Virus record (IMG/VR): IMGVR_UViG_3300048575_000494
Span: 1 to 30,647 of that record
DNA length: 30,647 bases
DNA from: a virus
Lineage: Duplodnaviria; Caudoviricetes
Strand: one strand, 5' to 3'
The notes under the pieces were generated by a model. That model had not been told where the DNA came from and did not search any database. It was given only the letters and a program-made list of their open reading frames with translations. Both the position numbers and the translations under genes were made by a program. Below are positions 1 through 6,478 of this stretch, piece by piece (within the stretch, counting starts at the first letter, position 1; every line of letters starts with the position of its first letter).

Positions 1-645
1 ACCATCCTCGACTACCTGATCAAATCGGGCCGGCGGGTCATTCTCACCTCGGCCCTGGCCCCGGCCAAGCTGGCCGGCATGGACGACGATTTCCGCAGCC
101 GCATGACCTCGGGCCTGGTGACCGGGATTGAATCGCCGGATTACGCCACCCGTGCGCGGATCATCCGCCACAAACTGCAATTGCACGGCCTGGGCGGCGA
201 CGACGATCTGGTGGGTTTCATGGCCGAGACCCTGCAAGGTGACGTGCGCCGGATGGAAAGCGCCATCATCGGCATCAAGGCCAAATCCTGCCTGCTGGGC
301 GCGCCGCCGGACCTGAGCATGGTGCGGGACGTTATCTACGGTTTGATCGGCAACCCGGTGGAAATCACCGGCGAAACCATCCGCGACCTGATTGGCCGTC
401 AGTTCCGGGTGAGCGTCGACGACCTGCGCTCACGTTCGCGCAAGCGCTCCATCACCTTTCCCCGTCAGATGGCCATGTACCTCACCCGCAAGTACACCGA
501 CAAATCGCTGGCCGATATTGGCGCCATGTACAACCGGGACCACTCGACCGTGCTCTACGCCATCGAGACCATCACCAAGGATATGTCGCAGCGGGCCACG
601 GTCCGTGAGCAGGTGGACCTGCTCTGCGCAAAGCTCAAGAAATAA
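1..645 (+). CDS. dnaA: DnaA-family replication initiator, 5'-truncated by the window (end of AAA+ domain III plus domain IV); probably a second, non-oriC paralog
   Basis: The frame is open from base 1 (TILDYLIKSGRRVILTS...). Motifs are DDDFRSRMTSGL (box VII-like), GDVRRMES (sensor II-like), RSRKRSITFPRQMAMYL and NRDHSTVLYA (domain IV signature, canonical GGRDHTTV). No dnaN follows. Confidence 0.93.
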   Translation, partial: TILDYLIKSGRRVILTSALAPAKLAGMDDDFRSRMTSGLVTGIESPDYATRARIIRHKLQLHGLGGDDDLVGFMAETLQGDVRRMESAIIGIKAKSCLLGAPPDLSMVRDVIYGLIGNPVEITGETIRDLIGRQFRVSVDDLRSRSRKRSITFPRQMAMYLTRKYTDKSLADIGAMYNRDHSTVLYAIETITKDMSQRATVREQVDLLCAKLKK

Positions 646-672
646 CGCGCTGAGGGCGGCTGAGGCAAGGCA

Positions 673-1038
673 ATGGCGACGACTGGCAATCAGCAACAAT
701 TGAATGTCAACAACCAGTTGACGCGAAACCGCATGAAACGAGTCGAGACAAGCGAATGGTTGGGCATGTTGGCGAGAATGATACGGGCCGCAGGCAAACG
801 CGTCGCCGATGCGGACGAACACGAATTGGCCGCGCTGGTTGCCATGCGCGATGAGCTTGAAACAGCCATCAAAGTGGCCATTGATGGCCAGCGCCGGATC
901 GGAAGATCCTGGGACCACGTTGGCCGTGCCCTCGGCATCAGCCGGCAAGGCGCATTCAAGCGGTACGGTCAATCCACCGGGTACGCTGATCCCCTGCCCT
1001 GTTCATCACCCGCAAGGGCAGATTCCCCCCAGCGATGA
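673..1038 (+). CDS. Small helix-turn-helix DNA-binding protein
   Basis: C-terminal HTH pattern GRSWDHVGRALGISRQGAFKRYG is preceded by a helical region (RMIRAAGKRVADADEHELAALV) of a type seen in phage and integrative-element regulators. Confidence 0.75.
   Translation: MATTGNQQQLNVNNQLTRNRMKRVETSEWLGMLARMIRAAGKRVADADEHELAALVAMRDELETAIKVAIDGQRRIGRSWDHVGRALGISRQGAFKRYGQSTGYADPLPCSSPARADSPQR
706..722. promoter_or_regulatory. Palindrome GTCAAC-aacca-GTTGAC inside the 5' end of the HTH gene; candidate autoregulatory operator
   Basis: A perfect 6-bp inverted repeat with a 5-bp spacer is seen directly. The function is inferred. Confidence 0.45.
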
Positions 1039-1047
1039 GGAACTGAA

Positions 1048-1854
1048 ATGAACATCACAATCTTTGTTTCCGGACAAACCGAAGTGGCCAAAGCCTTGGC
1101 GGCATTTCCGGGCAAGGCTCACCGGGCCTGCGCCGTTGCCCTCAACAAGACCGGCAAGCTGATCAAGGAAGCCGAAGTGGCGGAAATGAAAGCCGTCTTC
1201 GACAATCCCACCAGTTATACGCTCAACTCCCTCAAACTCACCCCCGCCACGAAAGACAACCTTCAGGCAACCGTCTGGTTCAAGCAGCCGGACCGCATGG
1301 GCCAGCATTACCTCGTGCCCCAGGTGGACGGAGGGCAGCGCAAACTGAAGGGCTTTGAACGCGGCGTTGGCCTCGGAGAGTTGACGCCGGCGCTTGGCGC
1401 GAAGCTCAATCGATACGGCAACGTTTCCCCTGGCCAGATCCGCCAGATCCTGTCCGTGCTCGGCAAGGCGGAAACATCCGCAGGCTACATGGCCAACATC
1501 ACCGACCGATCCCGCCGCCGCAACACCAAGGAGCGGGACTATGTGGTGATCGACAGCCGGCAGCGGGGCAACCTGCCCCTGGGCGTGTACCAACGATTCC
1601 AGACAGGCGCAGGCTTCGGCGCCAAGACCAAGCGCACCTTCCTTGACCGGTCCAAGTCGTACCAGAAAGGCCGTACGCGTGGCCGGTTCGCCTCGGTCAT
1701 TCGCGCCAGGGGCTTGCGCCCTGTCCTGCTCGTTGGTCACACCGGCCGCCAGGTCAAACCGCTCCTCGATTTCTACGGCGTGGCCCAACGCACGTTCAAG
1801 CAACGCTTCGATCCGTTGTTTCGGGACACGCTCAACGCGTTTCTGAAGTCATGA
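1048..1854 (+). CDS. Conserved basic phage protein, gpZ/HK97-gp10-like tail-completion family
   Basis: GAGGA RBS. The pattern ALNKT...VFDNPTSYTLNSL...YLVPQVDGGQRKLKGFE...LNRYGN...LDFYGVAQ is typical of this family, often found just before cos in GpA-type phages. Confidence 0.6.
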   Translation: MNITIFVSGQTEVAKALAAFPGKAHRACAVALNKTGKLIKEAEVAEMKAVFDNPTSYTLNSLKLTPATKDNLQATVWFKQPDRMGQHYLVPQVDGGQRKLKGFERGVGLGELTPALGAKLNRYGNVSPGQIRQILSVLGKAETSAGYMANITDRSRRRNTKERDYVVIDSRQRGNLPLGVYQRFQTGAGFGAKTKRTFLDRSKSYQKGRTRGRFASVIRARGLRPVLLVGHTGRQVKPLLDFYGVAQRTFKQRFDPLFRDTLNAFLKS

Positions 1855-1869
1855 CGGGGACCCCTTGCA

Positions 1870-1888
1870 CCCCTGCCAGGTTGTCAAT
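1870..1888. repeat. Copy 1 of a 19-bp repeat CCCCTGCCA-NNN-TGTCAAT
   Basis: 16/19 identical to 2072-2090. Contains the imperfect dyad TGCCA-N3-TGTCA. Confidence 0.7.
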
Positions 1889-1901
1889 CAGGAGGAGGCC
1901 C

Positions 1902-2108
1902 ATGGTCATGACCATTCACGGGTCCTCCCCCAGCCTCACCACGTGCGGGTGTTTCGCGCCCCGGCGTGTGGGTGCATTTAAAAAATATTGGTCCGATGCA
2001 AAAATGCAAAAAAATCTGCAACAAGGAGGACAAATGATTTTTCCAATAAGGTTTGGGGTATCAGTGGGTTGCCCCTGCCAACCTGTCAATTTTTTGGCGG
2101 AGGCGTAG
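1902..2108 (+). CDS. Possible small ORF (68 aa) crossing the cos region, with an in-frame second start at 2034 (24 aa)
   Basis: AGGAGG lies before ATG 1902 and AAGGAGG before ATG 2034. The stop is 3 bp before the helicase ATG. No recognisable domain. Confidence 0.3.
   Translation: MVMTIHGSSPSLTTCGCFAPRRVGAFKKYWSDAKMQKNLQQGGQMIFPIRFGVSVGCPCQPVNFLAEA
1920..1965 (+). other. Candidate cos packaging site (cosQ-like plus cosN-like)
   Basis: GGGTCCT at 1920-1926 is identical to lambda cosQ. About 20 bp later is the dyad CGGG-tgtttcgcgc-CCCG (1946-1963), followed by an AT-rich tract. The phage encodes a GpA-type terminase. Confidence 0.65.
2072..2090. repeat. Copy 2 of the 19-bp repeat
   Basis: CCCCTGCCAACCTGTCAAT, just upstream of the helicase RBS. 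Confidence 0.7.
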
Positions 2109-2111
2109 CCC

Positions 2112-3728
2112 ATGGCAGAGGAAAGCATGGCCGGCAAGGTCGTCGACCGGGCGCGGGAATTGGAACAGGAAGAGGACCAGCTGATGGATCTCGAGGATGA
2201 CTTTGTCAAAAGTTGTCTGGATGCCAACGAACGCGGCGACGGGGTGTTGTACGCCACCTTGCACAAGGGGCGATACCTATTCAACACCACTCCGAAAGAC
2301 GGGACGTGGCTACGCTGGACCGGGATTGTCTGGGAGCAGGATGATTTTCGCTCGGCCTTCAAGGCGGTCGAAGCGGTGGCGTTGCAGTATGAGCAGCGGG
2401 CGCTGGACCTGTTTGCCGAGGCCGAGAAGCTCGAAGAATCGGGGAAGAAGGAACAGGCAGAAAAGGTACTGGAACTGGCAAAGCGTTACCGAAAACGGGT
2501 TGACCGGTTGCGCACCGAGAACGGCGCGAAAAAACCCCTGGTCTGGGCGCCGGTGGTGGAAAAGAGCATGGCCTGCCGTGAGTTGGAGATGGACCGGCAA
2601 CCGATGCTTCTTCCCTGCGGTAATGGAGTGATCGACCTTACTGCCGGCGTGCTCCTGGACGGCAACCCTGCGGATCTGATGACCAAGGCCATTGACGTCA
2701 ACTACCTCAAGGACGCCGACTACACGGATTGGCATCGATTCGTGGTCGAGGTCTGCGGATCGGAAGCGGTAGCCCATTTTCTCAAACGATTTTTTGGCTA
2801 CGCCCTCACCGGCTACAGCTACGAGCAATACATCGCGGTGTTTATCGGCGGTGGACGCAACGGCAAAGGTGTGCTGTTCTCCTGCATCGGTTCAGTGCTC
2901 GGGCCATATTACCACGTGATCAGCCCTTCCATGATCACAGAGCAGCGGTTTGACCCGTCACCGAACGCAGCCAGCGAGCACAAGTACGCCCTGCACGGCA
3001 AACGGTTGGTGGTGGCTGGGGAATCCAAACGCGGCCAGCGTATCGACTCGGGCCAGGTCAAGGGGCTGACCGGAGACGACAAGGTTGAGTGCCGCCCCAA
3101 CTTTGGCAAGACGTTCGTCTTTGATCCAACGCACACCCTTTGCCTGCACACCAACCACATGCCGGTGGGTATGGGCTCCGAGTTCAGCTTGGTGCAGCGG
3201 CTGCTCAAGATCGATTTCCCATGGGCCTATGTCGACGATCCTGAGGAGGAGGCCAAAAAATTTCCACCCATGGCTGACCGATTCCGCAAGAAAGACAAGC
3301 ACCTCAAGGACCGGTTGATGCAAAACCGGGAGGGTATCCTCAAATGGCTGGTCGAGGGTTGCCTGGAATGGCAGCAGCGGGGCCTGGATCCGCCCCAGGA
3401 GATTCTAGATTCGGCCGCCGATCTGGCCAACGCCGAAGACTACCTGACCGAGTTCCTCAAAGACAGCCTTCTTCCCTCGCCCGACATCCCCCCCAGGGAG
3501 ATAGGGTTCCAAAGCCTCTACCAGTGTTTTCTCTGGTGGTGGGGTCTCAATCAGGGCGATCCGAAAAAAGCGCCGGCCAACCGGACGCTGGCCAAAGCCA
3601 TGCGTGAACGGGGCTATACCCTGGAGAAACGGGGCGGAAAGATCTATGTACTCGGAGTTCTGTACCATCCGGAATTAGCCATGGAGATGTTGCGCGATGA
3701 CCAACCGCCTCATCCTGCCTCATCCTAG
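2112..3728 (+). CDS. D5-like SF3 helicase (P4-family primase C-terminal domains: D5_N, ATPase, winged helix), no primase domain
   Basis: GVIDLTAG and DLMTK (D5_N), GYALTG, Walker A GGGRNGKG, Walker B LVVAGE, VKGLTGDD, motif C HTNHMP, and EGILKWLVEGCLEWQQRGL. Confidence 0.9.
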   Translation: MAEESMAGKVVDRARELEQEEDQLMDLEDDFVKSCLDANERGDGVLYATLHKGRYLFNTTPKDGTWLRWTGIVWEQDDFRSAFKAVEAVALQYEQRALDLFAEAEKLEESGKKEQAEKVLELAKRYRKRVDRLRTENGAKKPLVWAPVVEKSMACRELEMDRQPMLLPCGNGVIDLTAGVLLDGNPADLMTKAIDVNYLKDADYTDWHRFVVEVCGSEAVAHFLKRFFGYALTGYSYEQYIAVFIGGGRNGKGVLFSCIGSVLGPYYHVISPSMITEQRFDPSPNAASEHKYALHGKRLVVAGESKRGQRIDSGQVKGLTGDDKVECRPNFGKTFVFDPTHTLCLHTNHMPVGMGSEFSLVQRLLKIDFPWAYVDDPEEEAKKFPPMADRFRKKDKHLKDRLMQNREGILKWLVEGCLEWQQRGLDPPQEILDSAADLANAEDYLTEFLKDSLLPSPDIPPREIGFQSLYQCFLWWWGLNQGDPKKAPANRTLAKAMRERGYTLEKRGGKIYVLGVLYHPELAMEMLRDDQPPHPASS

Positions 3729-3981
3729 TTCATCCTGGCCCGTCCTGATGATGCAACATTTCGAATTAAAAACAAAAAAACCGCGAACAGGACGACAGGA
3801 CGAACTTCGCGGGCGCGTACATGGAAAATTTCCGTAAATCATCTTGGGCAATTTTTTCCATGTGCGCACGTCACATATTTCATCCTACGTCATAATAAAT
3901 ACATCATCCTATAAGAATCATTAAAGAAAATCAAACAGGACAAGAAAAGACGAACCAGGACGGGCAGGACGAAAGCAGATG
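3707..3981. repeat. Putative phage replication origin: opposed arrays of 10-bp-phased iterons (CRTCCT/AGGAYG) around a central inverted repeat with AT-rich spacers
   Basis: CATCCT at 3711, 3721, 3731 and CGTCCT at 3741. AGGACG at 3789 and 3797. IR arms about 3813-3830 and 3850-3868. CATCCT at 3881 and 3905. AGGAC/AAGACG/AGGACG/AGGACG/CAGATG at 3937, 3947, 3957, 3966 and 3976. Lies directly after the helicase. Confidence 0.75.
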
Positions 3982-4038
3982 AACGATAAAACCCAGAAAA
4001 AGATGCTCGACCGCCGCTCCTTAAGCCGGTCGCGTAAG

Positions 4039-4317
4039 CTAGACGAGCGCCAGTTTGCAGCCAAGCGCCCTTGTCACTTTGACGATGGTGTCAAACCTCG
4101 GCTTGCCTCCATCGGCAAGGGACTTGTACAGGCTGGCGCGGGTAACTCCGGATTTCTGGGCAATCTCGGTCATTCCTTTGGCACGGGCAACAGTGTTCAG
4201 GGCATGGATGAATTCCTCTTCCGTGCCTTCTTCGAGCGCTGCCTGCAAAAACAACCTGATGTCTTCATCGGTGTTCAGGTGTTCGGCAACATCAAAAGGG
4301 GTGGTTTTCAGGGCCAT
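4039..4317 (-). CDS. Antitoxin, Xre/HTH addiction-module antidote (HI1420-like)
   Basis: FDVAEHL...ALNTVARAKGMTEIAQKSGVTRASLYKSLADGGKPRFDTIVKVTRALG. GGAGG RBS inside the toxin 3' end. Confidence 0.92.
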   Translation of the reverse strand: MALKTTPFDVAEHLNTDEDIRLFLQAALEEGTEEEFIHALNTVARAKGMTEIAQKSGVTRASLYKSLADGGKPRFDTIVKVTRALGCKLALV

Positions 4318-4320
4318 AGT

Positions 4321-4620
4321 TCAGTCCTCCAATTTTTTCATAAGTTCTGCTGCCTTGGCAATATCGCTTACCTGTGTCGATTTGTCGCCGCCCGCCAAAA
4401 GGAAGACAATCTCCTTTCCTTTGATGGTGTAATAAATCCGGTAACCTGGACCAAAGAACATTCTCAACTCAAACAAATTCGCGGCAAGCGCTTTATGATC
4501 GCCAAAAGACCCCATGGCGACCGCGTCCAGCCGATGAAATATCCTGGCACGGCTGGTTTTATCCCGCACCTTGCTCAACCATCGGTTGAAATGTTCCGTG
4601 CTCCGCAGTTTGTATTGCAT
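4321..4620 (-). CDS. RelE/HigB-family toxin (HI1419-like addiction-module killer), 99 aa
   Basis: TEHFNRWL...GSFGDHK...LFELRMFFGPGYRIYY...LLAGGDKSTQVSDIAKA. Start placed at MQYKL (4620) from promoter geometry. Confidence 0.92.
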   Translation of the reverse strand: MQYKLRSTEHFNRWLSKVRDKTSRARIFHRLDAVAMGSFGDHKALAANLFELRMFFGPGYRIYYTIKGKEIVFLLAGGDKSTQVSDIAKAAELMKKLED

Positions 4621-4626
4621 GGACAT

Positions 4627-4655
4627 AATGTATCCACATGGAAACAACCTGTCAA
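4627..4655 (-). promoter_or_regulatory. sigma70 promoter of the TA operon with overlapping palindromic operator
   Basis: Minus strand reads TTGACA (4655-4650), 17 bp, TACATT (4632-4627), 6 bp, ATG. The dyad TGTATCCA-ca-TGGAAACA (4629-4646) covers the spacer and the -10. Confidence 0.85.
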
Positions 4656-4785
4656 TAACAGCCTCTACCCATCAGCCGGGACCAGCCTCTTCGGCAACCA
4701 TCTCAATCTCTTTGTCGATACGGTTGGCCATCGTACTGAATTGGCCCAGAACCTAGCCAAGATTGTCGCGCAGCTGGAGGACCCC

Positions 4786-6264
4786 ATGCATAGCGCCGCA
4801 CACGACATAGCGGCCAAGTATGGCCTGCGGAAGAGCGGCAACCGGCACACCGGACCGTGCCCCAAGTGCGGCGGATCCAAGGACTCGGACAAGTTCGTGC
4901 TGTTCACCGATGGGGGATTTCGATGCTTTGCTTGCGGCTTCAAGGGTGACCGCATCAAATGGTTGCGGGAAATGGAAGGCATGAGCTGCCGTGAGGCCCA
5001 CGATGCCGAGGGCAAGGACTGTTCCCCTTCCTGTCCGAACTACGGCCCGTGCCGCAACGGCGAACCGGTCAAACGCCGGCCACGGTCGGTCCGACCGCAG
5101 GTTGGCTCCACTCCGGACGCTCTTGCCGAGGTGGCGGCCAATCATCCAGGGTCCGCTTGGCGCTCCTGGGCCGGAAAGACGCTGGAGAAAGCGCAGCAGT
5201 CCCTGGCCAAGGAATTGGAAGAAATTCGCTGGCTGGAGAGCCGGGGCATCGGCAAGGCCCAGGTTGACCAGTACCAGCTGGGATGGCTGGCGCACGATCT
5301 GCGGGTGAATCGGCTTGAGTTGGGCTTGCCGGCCGAAGAGGGCAAAGATCGGTTGTGGGTGCCCGGCGGGCTGGTGATTCCGATTTTTGACGCCGCCGGC
5401 GAACTGCACCGGCTGCGGATCCGCAGGCCGCCGGCGGCGCGGGAGAAGTTTTTGTCCGACCGCAAATACGTCTGGATCAAGGGCAGCGGCAACCTGCCCA
5501 TGGTTCTGCGGCCATCGGGACCGGCGCGTGGGGCGGTGATCGTTGAGGCGGAACTGGATGCCATGGCCGTGGCCGCCGCTCACAAGGATGTGCTGGTGGT
5601 GGCCTTGGGCACGGTGGCCGGCGGGATCGACGTCAAGCTGCGGGATGAGCTGGAAAAATTACCGGTGATCCTCGTGGCCCTGGATGCCGACCCGGCCAAG
5701 GACGGCAAGCTGGGCGCCGGGCCGGCCTCGGTCAAGCGGTGGCGTCGGAGTTTCCGCCAGGCTCGGTTCTGGCCGATGCCGGCCGGCAAGGATCCGGGCG
5801 ATTTTGTCCGCGACCATGGCGGCGACCTGCGCCAGTGGGTGGAATCGGGCCTGCCTCCGGTACTATCGCGCGCCTCGTCTGTGGTCGAACAACCGGAACC
5901 CGAGCGTCCAGCGCCCGTTTGCCAGGATGTCCCCTTTTCCCCTGAGCCGTCCTCGTCGGGGGATGGGGGCGGCGATTTTCCTTTAATCGCTGCTCCGCCC
6001 CTGGATGATATCGAAGGTTTCACCGACCTCCTGCGAACTGAAGCCGGCTCGGTGTGGTATGGCCACGGCCCCCACGGTGAGCTGGTGGTCCGGTTCCGGA
6101 ACGATGCGGAAACCCTGGATTCGTTTCTGCGGCGCGGACGGATCCGGCAAATCATGTATGGCGGCGGCGCGGTGGCGGACTTTCTCGAGCGGCTCCCGCG
6201 CGATCAATACATTGGCGCTGACGCGCTTGGACAACTGCACAGTGAGGTCACCGATGCGGCATAA
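4786..6264 (+). CDS. Phage DNA primase (Zn finger plus Toprim), 492 aa
   Basis: GGAGG RBS before ATG 4786. GPCPKCGG...FRCFACGFKGD Zn finger, WLESRGI, VIVEAELDAM, LVALDAD (Toprim DxD), and GKDPGD. Confidence 0.88.
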   Translation: MHSAAHDIAAKYGLRKSGNRHTGPCPKCGGSKDSDKFVLFTDGGFRCFACGFKGDRIKWLREMEGMSCREAHDAEGKDCSPSCPNYGPCRNGEPVKRRPRSVRPQVGSTPDALAEVAANHPGSAWRSWAGKTLEKAQQSLAKELEEIRWLESRGIGKAQVDQYQLGWLAHDLRVNRLELGLPAEEGKDRLWVPGGLVIPIFDAAGELHRLRIRRPPAAREKFLSDRKYVWIKGSGNLPMVLRPSGPARGAVIVEAELDAMAVAAAHKDVLVVALGTVAGGIDVKLRDELEKLPVILVALDADPAKDGKLGAGPASVKRWRRSFRQARFWPMPAGKDPGDFVRDHGGDLRQWVESGLPPVLSRASSVVEQPEPERPAPVCQDVPFSPEPSSSGDGGGDFPLIAAPPLDDIEGFTDLLRTEAGSVWYGHGPHGELVVRFRNDAETLDSFLRRGRIRQIMYGGGAVADFLERLPRDQYIGADALGQLHSEVTDAA

Positions 6265-6478
6265 CATGGCGAAGATCAAAAAGTCTTGTCGGGATAAAAA
6301 GCGGTATGCCAGCCGGGATGCGGCAAACCGTCGGGCAATCGCACTCAACCGCAAGGGCGTGCGGGTCAAGCCGTATAACTGTCCCGCCTGCGGCGGTTGG
6401 CATTTGACGCACCGCTCGCCGGCGGCTGTGCTCAATGCCGCCTTTATCGAGGCGGGCATGGGGCCGGTGTATGTCTAA
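6254..6478 (+). CDS. Small conserved phage protein with a Cys/His motif
   Basis: SCRDKKRY...PYNCPACGGWHLT. GAGG RBS, overlaps the primase stop. Confidence 0.75.
   Translation: MRHNMAKIKKSCRDKKRYASRDAANRRAIALNRKGVRVKPYNCPACGGWHLTHRSPAAVLNAAFIEAGMGPVYV

Noticed and set aside
646-1047. oriC next to dnaA
   Set aside because: There is no intergenic space, no DnaA-box cluster and no AT-rich unwinding element downstream of the gene.
1865-2090. Leftward promoters at the TTGACA copies (1882-1887, 2084-2089) or sigma54 sites at TGGCAG
   Set aside because: There is no acceptable -10 at 16-18 bp and the GG-N10-GC spacing is not met.
4621-4647. Longer toxin start (MFPCGYIMS...)
   Set aside because: It lies inside the promoter and operator. 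The ATG at 4620 fits the predicted +1.
3979-6264. 761-aa ORF taken as the primase
   Set aside because: The first 269 codons are antisense to a clear TA pair. Primase motifs and a strong RBS begin at 4786.
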